Of a DNA stretch of 57,298 nucleotides, positions 25,267 through 33,065 are shown in pieces. Numbering within the stretch: position 1 is the first letter of the stretch; each line of letters starts with the position of its first letter. The translations under genes and the position numbers were made by a program. This stretch comes from Parcubacteria group bacterium (GTDB taxonomy: Bacteria > Patescibacteriota > Minisyncoccia > Phycocordibacterales > Phycocordibacteraceae): contig JAQBQR010000020.1 in NCBI GenBank assembly GCA_028286945.1, positions 1-57,298 on the forward strand, in the 5' to 3' direction. The notes under the pieces are model-generated. The model saw only the letters and a program-made list of their open reading frames with translations, was not told where the DNA came from and did no database searches.

Positions 25267-26451
25267 ATGGCAACTACTAAACCCTGCGTTGCTTGCAACG
25301 GTGCTGACGCCAGTCACTTCACTCTGTGGCTCGATACCGTAACTGACGCACTCACGCTCAGCATACCCTTTTACCGAACTCGCCCATATCGTTTCCTCAT
25401 GAGCGTTGCCGAATCACTCTTAGGGGGACTCGGTCGTATCACGTTCCTATTTGGGCGTGCCCTCGGTATTGCATCGCTCTCAGATGATGTTGAGAAGGCT
25501 GTTTCGAATCGTTCAAAACTACTCTGGAAAGAAGCGCAGCGTCGAGACATCCAAATGCAGCAGATGATGCTTTTTGGAAAGCCCACCGACATGTTCGTTC
25601 TGAGACACGCAGGGAAAAGACATTTCTTCCAAAGTCTCCCGCTGGCACCTGAAGCATCAGCACTTCGAATGGACGACAAGGTTCTCTTTAAGGAAATGAT
25701 GCTTCGCGAAAGACTTCCCGTTCCAAAGAACTTTAGTGCGCGGACACTCAAGCAGGCACGTGAAGCATTGAAGGAAATTGAGGTTGCCTGCGTAAAGCCA
25801 CGCACCGGATCAAATGGCCGCCATACTTATCCAAATGTGAAAACAGATGAAGAGCTTCGTGAAGCGTTTGAGAGTGTGAAGCAGATCAGCGCCTATGCGA
25901 GTGTTGAGGAGTATCTTGAGGGTAATGTGTGTCGTGCCACGTGCGTCGACAGCAAACTCATTGGATTCCTTGAATCTGCCTACCCCACAATCATCGGAGA
26001 CGGCACCTCAACCATTTCAGAACTTATTTTCGCTGGAAACGCACAGAAGAAAGAAGGCATAGGCGACATGGAACTTTCGCATGCGGTGTTGGGCTTTATA
26101 AAAAGAAAAGGCTATACGCCAGATTCCATACTGCCCGAGGGCACGGTTCTTCCGCTAACGTATAGCGCAGGACGTTCTTTGGGTGGGAGCAATCGCGAAC
26201 ATGGTCGCACTATTCATCCCTCATTTATTGAACCCATAGAACGTGCTGCAAAACTGACGGGTCTCCACATTGTTGGCTTCGACCTGATTGTCCCGGATCC
26301 TATGCAGCCTGCGGATTCTCAGCACTGGGGATTTATCGAATCAAATTCCCTACCGTGGATTGATCTTCATGCCACTCCATATTACGGCGAACCCGTAGAT
26401 CTCTCTCCTGCCGTTTGGGACCTTTGGCTCACTAAGGTTATCAAAGCGTAG
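25267..26451 (+). CDS. Stand-alone ATP-grasp ligase resembling the N-terminal half of cyanophycin synthetase
   Basis: DDKVLFKEMMLRERLPVPKNF...VACVKPRTGSNGRHT...VEEYLEGNVCRATCV...IIGDGTSTISELI...GGSNREHGRTIHPSF...GLHIVGFDLIV...GFIESNSLPWIDLH follows the CphA-type ATP-grasp order by eye. There is no Mur-ligase-like C-terminal half. Confidence 0.55.
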   Translation: MATTKPCVACNGADASHFTLWLDTVTDALTLSIPFYRTRPYRFLMSVAESLLGGLGRITFLFGRALGIASLSDDVEKAVSNRSKLLWKEAQRRDIQMQQMMLFGKPTDMFVLRHAGKRHFFQSLPLAPEASALRMDDKVLFKEMMLRERLPVPKNFSARTLKQAREALKEIEVACVKPRTGSNGRHTYPNVKTDEELREAFESVKQISAYASVEEYLEGNVCRATCVDSKLIGFLESAYPTIIGDGTSTISELIFAGNAQKKEGIGDMELSHAVLGFIKRKGYTPDSILPEGTVLPLTYSAGRSLGGSNREHGRTIHPSFIEPIERAAKLTGLHIVGFDLIVPDPMQPADSQHWGFIESNSLPWIDLHATPYYGEPVDLSPAVWDLWLTKVIKA

Positions 26452-27139
26452 CGGATTCCGTTTGCATATCTCGAATCCGATATTCATTCACGATGTTATG
26501 GGCAAAGCGTGTTTCTTCTGGTAGACGATGTTTACGGACTGATGCGGTTATAAGTCTGAGTGAGTCTTCGAGCGTTATCTTATGACCGAGTGAAATAAAT
26601 ATTGGCTTTACATTTACTTTCGTGCGAAGCGCTGCACCGATAATCTCGTTCTCATTCTTCGAGTCACGCAGATATGAATATTCACCAGGTACATTCGGTG
26701 GTTCTTCGTATACACCAGTTAGGACGGACTTCGCACAGCCGATGGTTGGAATATCCAGAACGAGGCCCAAGTGCGTTGCAATACCAAGCCTGCGAGGGTG
26801 CGCGATACCAATACCATCCACCACTAGGACATCTGGCTTTTGAGTAAGTTTGTCCCACGCCTTAAGCAGCATGGGTATCTCGCGGAATGAGAGCAGTCCT
26901 GGGACATACGGGAATGGAATGGTATCTTTCACAACTGCGTGGTCGACGAGCATAAGTTCTGGATATAAAAGGGTGACGAAACCCGCGAAGCCCTCTTTTG
27001 CAAAACGATTCATCGAAACATCGCAGCCACCAATGAGCTTGGGTTCTTCCGCGAGAGGCTCAACCCGTATCTGGGTGCGCAGCTCTTTTTGCAAAGCAAT
27101 CGCCTCTTTCGGACTTAGCTTCCAGTCTTGCTCAAGCAT
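26441..27139 (-). CDS. nfi: Endonuclease V
   Basis: LIGGCDVS, LLSFREIPMLL, VDGIGIAHPRRLGIATHLG and PTIGCAKS. Confidence 0.9.
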   Translation of the reverse strand: MLEQDWKLSPKEAIALQKELRTQIRVEPLAEEPKLIGGCDVSMNRFAKEGFAGFVTLLYPELMLVDHAVVKDTIPFPYVPGLLSFREIPMLLKAWDKLTQKPDVLVVDGIGIAHPRRLGIATHLGLVLDIPTIGCAKSVLTGVYEEPPNVPGEYSYLRDSKNENEIIGAALRTKVNVKPIFISLGHKITLEDSLRLITASVRKHRLPEETRFAHNIVNEYRIRDMQTESATL

Positions 27140-27180
27140 TATGAAATCGTATCAGGTCTGAATGAATACTGAATGAGCAC

Positions 27181-27723
27181 TTAAAATGTATATACATAGA
27201 GCTCGCTTCCCAGCTTCCCTTTCTCGCGCGAATCCAGTAGATGCATGCGGTCTTCTTCTCGCTCAGCAAGTTTGAAATCAAGCACATACACTACGGCTCC
27301 TGGCGAAAGTTCCTTTTCAAACTTTGGCAAAAGCGCATTCATGACATGATGATACAAATACGCGTATATATGGGTGGCTTCCGAAAGATCGTGTTTTTCG
27401 AACATGCCACGAATGATACGAATGTTTGTTCCTCGCGTCCGATATTTCGCCAAAAGAAACGGGATAAATTGAAATTCAATCCCAATGAATTGCGCATCAG
27501 GATTTCGCTTTGCCATTTCAACTAACATGCGCGCGTCTCCGCAGCCCAGGTCATAGAACACACTTCGTGTTGGAAGCGGGCCGATGATGTCAGCAATTTC
27601 CGTTGTAACCTTTGCGCGTGTGGGAACAAACGGCGCGCGTGATGGCAAAAGGACCATCATGCGTATGAAGAAGATCGAATACCCTATGAAGATCAAGTCC
27701 AGAAAAAGAATGAGCCAGTTCAT
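27181..27723 (-). CDS. Class I SAM-dependent methyltransferase with an N-terminal TM helix
   Basis: Motif I FYDLGCGDARMLVEMA and GIEF. Confidence 0.7.
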   Translation of the reverse strand: MNWLILFLDLIFIGYSIFFIRMMVLLPSRAPFVPTRAKVTTEIADIIGPLPTRSVFYDLGCGDARMLVEMAKRNPDAQFIGIEFQFIPFLLAKYRTRGTNIRIIRGMFEKHDLSEATHIYAYLYHHVMNALLPKFEKELSPGAVVYVLDFKLAEREEDRMHLLDSREKGKLGSELYVYTF

Positions 27724-27730
27724 GTGGGAA

Positions 27731-28756
27731 CTATTGACCGCTTATCGTAAATGTTCCTGTTATGGTTCCTAAATTTACTCCGGTAATCTCAGGTACTGCC
27801 ACTATTTCATACGTACCAGGCTTCAATTTTTCAGCCGTTGATGGTGAGCCAATAAATTCAGAAATCGTTTCTCCTGGCAAAACAGTGTGTGTCAGTATAT
27901 GACCTTCTTTAGCTTCACAAGCCTGGCGGTCAGATGCATTGTCATAGACTGGTGTGTCACTTTTAGTTCCATTAGAAACAGCGTAGATTCGAACCGACCC
28001 ATCACAATAGGGCGTTGAAACTATTGCAACGTGTTGGGTACTAAGATTCTTATACTGCAGCGCAGCGAAGAAGCTTTTTACCGAAGCAAACACACTTTTA
28101 GATGGACCTGTCCCATTAAATACGATGCTGGCATTGAGTGAAGGGGCCTCACTTCCTCTGAGTGGTATAGAGACATTTCTTTGTATACGGTCAGCAAGAA
28201 GTCCGCATGCTTTTGTCATGTTGTTTTGCGTAAGTAAATTCATGCTTCCTGAGGCGAGAAGACCATGCTCTGTTTGGAAGCGCGATAGATTGATCGATGT
28301 TGTCGTATTCGTGGAACCTGTCGCGAAGGTCTTTGCATCGAGGCCATAGTAAGCAGCTAGAAAAAGTTGTACCTGTTTTATAACTGCGCTGGTTTTATAG
28401 TACGCGTCTAGATCAGACGTAAGCTGCTCAAAACTTGCTGACTGACTAAAGGACTTATTCAGCACGGAACAATTGAGGCTGAGGACTGAATTCTGAGCCG
28501 CAGTAGAGGTAGGGGCGACTGCTGATTGAGCAGTAGTAGTACTAGTAGAAGTCGATTCCTGGTCTTGAGCAGTTACTGAAGTTGCGTGCCCAACCACGCT
28601 TGGAGATGCTGGGCTATTTGAATTGCTAAAAACTACATACGCGGCTCCTACCAACATGCCAATTCCGACTATGGCAGCAATCAATACAGGTGCGGTGACA
28701 AACCCTCTTGGCATGGGTAAGACGTAATTAAACGTCTTAGTCGTTGGAGTTTCCAT
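27731..28756 (-). CDS. Hypothetical membrane-anchored secreted protein (341 aa)
   Basis: TM anchor APVLIAAIVGIGMLVGAAYVVF, a Ser/Thr-rich linker and a Cys-containing ectodomain. No motif recognised. Confidence 0.55.
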   Translation of the reverse strand: METPTTKTFNYVLPMPRGFVTAPVLIAAIVGIGMLVGAAYVVFSNSNSPASPSVVGHATSVTAQDQESTSTSTTTAQSAVAPTSTAAQNSVLSLNCSVLNKSFSQSASFEQLTSDLDAYYKTSAVIKQVQLFLAAYYGLDAKTFATGSTNTTTSINLSRFQTEHGLLASGSMNLLTQNNMTKACGLLADRIQRNVSIPLRGSEAPSLNASIVFNGTGPSKSVFASVKSFFAALQYKNLSTQHVAIVSTPYCDGSVRIYAVSNGTKSDTPVYDNASDRQACEAKEGHILTHTVLPGETISEFIGSPSTAEKLKPGTYEIVAVPEITGVNLGTITGTFTISGQ

Positions 28757-28836
28757 ATATGTTTAATTATAACTTATCTTCTGTGGTTGATTTTAGCCTC
28801 CAGTAATAAATGTTGATGCGTTGACGCGCTCGAGAC

Positions 28837-29226
28837 TTAGGAAAGGCTTGGCCCAGCATCGAGATGAATCTCATGCCATTCCGATGGACTCAGATCAAGA
28901 ACCGATGTATAAAGGTCAACGATTTTCACGGCGAGTTCTCCTCGGCGCATCAATTCGCCCGGCTCAATGTGTGGACCTACAATATAGGTTTCGCCTGGGC
29001 GCACCTCTTGAGCACTCATTTGTGTTCGATCACGGAGTCGAACGTAATCATAGTAGTCGCTCTGGGATTCAGGAGTTGATTCCCATTTTTCTTCGCACGC
29101 TTCACAATAGAAGAATCTGATATCGTATGTATGCTTTGCCGCCGGGATACCTTCTGGCTTCACTCGTGCGAAGTTTCCATTATTGACACTCACGTTTCTA
29201 GATTTGCAGTGGGGACAGATAACCAT
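28837..29226 (-). CDS. Hypothetical zinc-ribbon protein (129 aa), third gene of the Shedu-like operon
   Basis: CPHC at residues 4-7 and CEAC at 41-44 form a four-Cys ribbon. The start is 2 nt after the upstream stop. Confidence 0.6.
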   Translation of the reverse strand: MVICPHCKSRNVSVNNGNFARVKPEGIPAAKHTYDIRFFYCEACEEKWESTPESQSDYYDYVRLRDRTQMSAQEVRPGETYIVGPHIEPGELMRRGELAVKIVDLYTSVLDLSPSEWHEIHLDAGPSLS

Positions 29227-29228
29227 GA

Positions 29229-29549
29229 TTAGGGAGTGACGTCCTCCATAAGGAACTTTAGGCCATTGACCTGACCTTCATCGCTTAGGGAATAGATTTT
29301 GTAGTAAACCGGTTGTGAAGCATCAAAAATTGATGCCGCGATTTCTACGAGAGCTTCTTGTAACCATCTGTGTACGTGCGATTGCTTAAGACCTACATCA
29401 CCGGGAACTTTGAAGTGGTCGCTTATGTAGTTCCTACCCGCGCCTACGAGTACGGCGGCTTTTGATCCGTCCTCGAAGGTCAAGTGAACGCGAGTCCAGT
29501 AGAAAAACTTTGGTGCTTCGTAATGCAGGTTTTCGTGTTCTATATGCAT
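29229..29549 (-). CDS. Hypothetical protein (106 aa), second gene of the Shedu-like operon
   Basis: ORF with its start 2 nt after the upstream stop. No motif recognised. Confidence 0.55.
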   Translation of the reverse strand: MHIEHENLHYEAPKFFYWTRVHLTFEDGSKAAVLVGAGRNYISDHFKVPGDVGLKQSHVHRWLQEALVEIAASIFDASQPVYYKIYSLSDEGQVNGLKFLMEDVTP

Positions 29550-29551
29550 AT

Positions 29552-30733
29552 TTATTTTGAATGATCCTCAAGCACCTTTATATAATTCTGAAGTCGACTA
29601 AGGAGTTCGTCGTAAGTAACGAAGACGATATTCTTTGTCGACTGACAGAGAAGTCTGAAGTCATCGCGCTCCTTGCCAGGGCTAAATTTGCGAGTGTCGC
29701 CAGCGAGAATGATTCCGCGTGGTCGGACGACCTTGAGCTCAATGCCATAGGTATCACGAATATAATTCCGCACAACGTCTGCTTGATGCTGTACGAATTC
29801 AATATAGTTTTCGACCTGAATTATGGCTTTGGCAATTTCAGGATCCCAGTAATAGTTCTTTCGTCCCGCATCATACTTCAAAAGCTGCGTATTAGGCTTC
29901 TTAATCTCCAAAATATCGAGGTAGTTATCGTGCGTCACAAGCATGAAGTCTGGATACTTTGTACCGCCGATAGCCACGTTCATCTTCTCTATTGCAGATA
30001 TATACCCCTGCTGGATGATAAGAATGTTTCCCTTAATGTACGTCTGCCACCAACCTTCAGAATAGGTACCATCGAGAGCCTTTTCGAGGTTAGTAGCTAA
30101 TTCCTTAAGTGTCTTTATCTGTGCTCCTGCTTTCAAGAGGTTAACTGTGTTGAGTGATTCTGATGCGATATAGTCGGGTAGGAATGTATTCATAGCTTCT
30201 CGATCTTCAGCCGATAGACGTGGAATGATTTCACCGTTCAACATATGGGAAAGAGTTCCAGCCACATATACGGGAGTCGAGCTATGCGTGAAGTGCGATG
30301 GATAAACGATGGAGAAGAAGTTAGCGACTGTATCATTCTTGATATCTCTCGTCCTATCCCTGAGGGTATCTCCCATTCTTTTCAGAGTTTTTTGCGAAGT
30401 ACGGATTCGCTGAATACCCCGCTCAAATTTTATAGAATCCTCTTCAGGTGTAATGATCCAGCGAAATCGTTCATTCCCGAACTTACGCTTCAGTGCCTCG
30501 AGTATATGTTTCCCAAAGGAAATGGACCCATCTTCCTTACTGAGACCCTTCGGCATCTTGCCTTCGTAGTAGATCTTGATCCCCTTGAGGGCATTGCCGT
30601 AGCCCTTATTCGAAACGACTACGTATTTATCTTCTTTTTTCTTTTTGGGCACGGGCTTCTTCACAGTCTTCTTGACTGCTTTCTTTAGGATTTTCTTCTT
30701 TGCTACCTTCTTTCTAGAAGCCATGTACCACAT
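29552..30733 (-). CDS. Shedu-like DUF4263 PD-(D/E)xK nuclease with a lysine-rich N-terminal tail
   Basis: GGTKYPDFMLVTHDNYLDILEIKKPNTQLL contains PD...ExK, followed by IIQVENYIEF (QxxxY). Both are characteristic of SduA/DUF4263 and RecB-like nucleases. N-terminus is KKVAKKKILKKAVKKTVKKPVPKKKK. An alternative ATG lies at 30724. Confidence 0.65.
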   Translation of the reverse strand: MWYMASRKKVAKKKILKKAVKKTVKKPVPKKKKEDKYVVVSNKGYGNALKGIKIYYEGKMPKGLSKEDGSISFGKHILEALKRKFGNERFRWIITPEEDSIKFERGIQRIRTSQKTLKRMGDTLRDRTRDIKNDTVANFFSIVYPSHFTHSSTPVYVAGTLSHMLNGEIIPRLSAEDREAMNTFLPDYIASESLNTVNLLKAGAQIKTLKELATNLEKALDGTYSEGWWQTYIKGNILIIQQGYISAIEKMNVAIGGTKYPDFMLVTHDNYLDILEIKKPNTQLLKYDAGRKNYYWDPEIAKAIIQVENYIEFVQHQADVVRNYIRDTYGIELKVVRPRGIILAGDTRKFSPGKERDDFRLLCQSTKNIVFVTYDELLSRLQNYIKVLEDHSK

Positions 30734-30811
30734 TCTATGCTTCTCTCAGGACAGCACAATGGTTATAAAGTTCCGTGTCCACTTCAAGAGGAACACTGGC
30801 GCTCAATCCAG

Positions 30812-30896
30812 CGGAGAGGGGGAGATTCGAACTCCCGATACCTTTCGGTATGCCGGTTTTCGACACCGGTCGTTTCAACCACTCACGCACCCCTCC
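30812..30896 (-). tRNA. tRNA-Ser (anticodon CGA), long variable arm
   Basis: The reverse complement folds as follows. Acceptor ggagggg/cctctcc, anticodon stem ccggt/accgg with loop gtCGAaa, variable arm cataccgaaaggtatc, T arm gggag-ttcgaat-ctccc. Confidence 0.85.
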
Positions 30897-30963
30897 AAGT
30901 GCTTATATGACTCGCCTATCCTATCATTTTCCGAAGAAAATGATATCGTATCAAAGTTCACAT

Positions 30964-31035
30964 GGTCCCATCGTCTAACGGTTAGGACGCGGCCCTTTCA
31001 CGGCTGAAATCGGGGTTCGATTCCCCGTGGGATCA
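30964..31035 (+). tRNA. tRNA-Glu (anticodon UUC)
   Basis: Acceptor ggtccca/tgggatc, anticodon stem cggcc/ggctg with loop ctTTCac, T arm cgggg-ttcgatt-ccccg. Confidence 0.9.
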
Positions 31036-31036
31036 C

Positions 31037-31198
31037 ATGATTATAAGTATTCCGGCAGGCAAGAATAACGAAGTGATCGCATACGTTGTTCTAGCTATTG
31101 CAGCAGCCATTCTTGCCTTTCGGATCGCAACTCAAGATAAGCCTGTGCAATCCGACCCAACGGTTCCAACCACTATCACTCCCCAGGAGGTGCATTAA
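31037..31198 (+). CDS. Possible 53-aa single-TM peptide starting 2 nt after tRNA-Glu
   Basis: MIISIPAGKNNEVIAYVVLAIAAAILAFRIATQDKPVQSDPTVPTTITPQEVH. Below the ORF-track cutoff and supported only by its TM-like core. Confidence 0.25.
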   Translation: MIISIPAGKNNEVIAYVVLAIAAAILAFRIATQDKPVQSDPTVPTTITPQEVH

Positions 31199-31239
31199 AG
31201 GCTTTCGTCCCTTTGTTTTCAATAAATAGAATTCTTGTG

Positions 31240-31761
31240 TTACCAAGGGCGTGCCGGAGGTGCGCGATGTGCGTCGTCAAAGAATCTTCCTACAGGAGGT
31301 GGTAAATGGCCGCGATGCGCTTCAAACTCAACACGGCGATTAAATCCCGTTGTCTGGTTCACGAGAATTCCTCCAAAGCCCACGAGCACTAAGAAGCCAA
31401 TTACGAAATACAAAAGTGGATTTCGATACGTGAACTGGAAGGTGCGCAGCAAATAGCGGAGAAATACCAGCAGCATAATATCTGCAATTAGAAGTGGCCA
31501 AGGGAAGAATTGGATAAAGAGCACGTATCCTGGCGGACCATATCCTAAGAGAGGTGCACGGTGCTCAGCAAACAATGAGAAGAATATAAAGTTACATATA
31601 AGGATTGAGAACCCGAGCGCGAGTATTGCGAGCGCGGCCGTACCCACCATGCGCACGTAGAGGTATTGTTTTGAACGCACGACGATATCACCCTTCTTAA
31701 TTTGAGAAAGGATACGTTCTTTCATGTCCTGCGTATTGTTTTGTGGAGGATGATTATTCAT
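31240..31761 (-). CDS. Multi-pass membrane protein co-transcribed with the ECF sigma factor (candidate anti-sigma factor)
   Basis: 8-nt overlap with the sigma gene stop. Cytoplasmic N-terminus, then about 4 TM helices. The anti-sigma role is inferred from position only. Confidence 0.5.
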   Translation of the reverse strand: MNNHPPQNNTQDMKERILSQIKKGDIVVRSKQYLYVRMVGTAALAILALGFSILICNFIFFSLFAEHRAPLLGYGPPGYVLFIQFFPWPLLIADIMLLVFLRYLLRTFQFTYRNPLLYFVIGFLVLVGFGGILVNQTTGFNRRVEFEAHRGHLPPPVGRFFDDAHRAPPARPW

Positions 31762-32332
31762 AGGCGTCGTGTAATTCTAGCGCGTTCTTTTTGAGCGCAA
31801 CGCGAGCACGCTGTAAACGGACTCCGACGGTACCGGCTGGTATCCGGAGAATGTCTGCAATTTCTTGGTAACTAAAGTCTTCAAGATAATAAAGGATGAG
31901 AATTTCTGCATAAGAATCTGAAATCTTACTTAATCCTTTCTCAATTAAAGTTCTCATCTCAAGCTGCACACTTTCAGGTTCTCGTTCAGGTGCATGTGAG
32001 GAGTGCGGTATAACGGTGTCGAGTTCAAATCCAAAAAAGCGTACGGGGTTTCTCGATTTCTTTCGCAGTGCATTTACGAAGTTGTTATGAGCAATGCGAT
32101 ATATCCATGAAGAGAAGGGTCGACCAGGATCATATTCCTGAATATGTTCGTATGCGGAGATAAAAACTTCCTGAACAATATCTTCGATGTCTTCACGTCC
32201 TGAGAGGAACTTTCGGCCGTACCTGAGCAGCTTTGCTTCAAACCTCCCTACCAACTCAGCAAAAATATCAACGTCACCCATTTGGACGTTGCGTGCGAGT
32301 TGCTCATCAGTGAGTGTGGTTTCCACTAGCAT
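31754..32332 (-). CDS. ECF-type RNA polymerase sigma-70 family factor
   Basis: Region 2 IVQEVFISAYEHIQEYD...SWIYRIAHNNFVNALRK. Region 4 HTH EILILYYLEDFSYQEIADILRIPAGTVGVRLQRARVALKK. Start trimmed to the ATG at 32332 (MLVETTLTDEQ). Confidence 0.85.
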   Translation of the reverse strand: MLVETTLTDEQLARNVQMGDVDIFAELVGRFEAKLLRYGRKFLSGREDIEDIVQEVFISAYEHIQEYDPGRPFSSWIYRIAHNNFVNALRKKSRNPVRFFGFELDTVIPHSSHAPEREPESVQLEMRTLIEKGLSKISDSYAEILILYYLEDFSYQEIADILRIPAGTVGVRLQRARVALKKNALELHDAYE

Positions 32333-32452
32333 TAGTATAGGCGGTACGCCGCAGTGTCCCTCATTGTGTAGTACATCCGGCAAAGACGGATTATTACACG
32401 GGGCCGCAAACGGTTTGAAAACAGGGCGTAGGTACGGTATTCTGCACATGAA

Positions 32453-32525
32453 GCGCGGTTAGCTCAGTTGGTAGAGCGCGTCATTGACGTTGACGATGTC
32501 GGGGGTTCGAATCCCTCACCGCGCA
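32453..32525 (+). tRNA. tRNA-Val (anticodon GAC)
   Basis: Acceptor gcgcggt/accgcgc, D arm gctc-agttggt-agagc, anticodon stem cgtca/tgacg with loop ttGACgt, T arm ggggg-ttcgaat-ccctc. Confidence 0.9.
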
Positions 32526-32626
32526 CTAAGCACAGTGCATCCATTGCACTTTTCTAGGCCAGGAGTATAACGCTAGTAGGTAGATCGATTCCCGGTCTAA
32601 TCCGCATCAGTCGAAGGAGAATTTCG

Positions 32627-32971
32627 ATGCGTTCGCACATTAAGCAACTTGCAGCACTCGCTCTTTGTCTGTCTTCTACGCCAGTCATGGCGCAGACCGC
32701 GGACGCACCGGTTGCTACGCCGACTCCGAAATCGACGGTCGCCGCATCAGCTCCGGGTGCACCGATTACCATCAATGGGCTCAAGGATTTCGCGATCGTC
32801 AAACAGCCGGCGGGGTGCGAAGGACATCGTTTTTACAGCACGACGGGTGATGGCGGCCTGATTACCTGCGATACGGAGGAACATTTTAAGGCCGACTTTA
32901 CCATCGCATCGAAGCTCCACGTGAAGCCGGAAACCAAGGGCGGCAAGTTCCTCTATACCGTTACCGAGTAA
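32627..32971 (+). CDS. Hypothetical small secreted protein (114 aa), GC-rich cassette
   Basis: AAGGAGA 6 nt upstream. Signal peptide MRSHIKQLAALALCLSSTPVMAQT, then an Ala/Pro/Thr linker and a 2-Cys domain. A terminator follows. Confidence 0.6.
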   Translation: MRSHIKQLAALALCLSSTPVMAQTADAPVATPTPKSTVAASAPGAPITINGLKDFAIVKQPAGCEGHRFYSTTGDGGLITCDTEEHFKADFTIASKLHVKPETKGGKFLYTVTE

Positions 32972-33004
32972 CGCGCCCATGTTCTACCAAATACATATCG
33001 AGCT

Positions 33005-33027
33005 GGGCCCCTGCAAAGGGGCCCTTT
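33005..33027 (+). terminator. Intrinsic terminator of the secreted-protein cassette
   Basis: gggcccct-gcaa-aggggccc followed by tttcgctt. Confidence 0.65.
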
Positions 33028-33065
33028 CGCTTCACAAGCAGCTCGCTCTGGCATACAGTGAATGG

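Noticed and set aside
28757-30811. I looked for a partial tRNA-Ser(CGA) 3-prime-end duplication that would mark the Shedu-like operon as a tRNA-integrated island.
   Set aside because: I found no convincing repeat of the tRNA 3-prime end by eye near 28757-28836. Composition and start contexts are host-like, so I make no mobile-island claim.
32979-33065. N-terminal extension of the DHH phosphoesterase ORF.
   Set aside because: It would translate through the upstream cassette terminator (33005-33027). The conserved N-terminus starts at the ATG at 33066.
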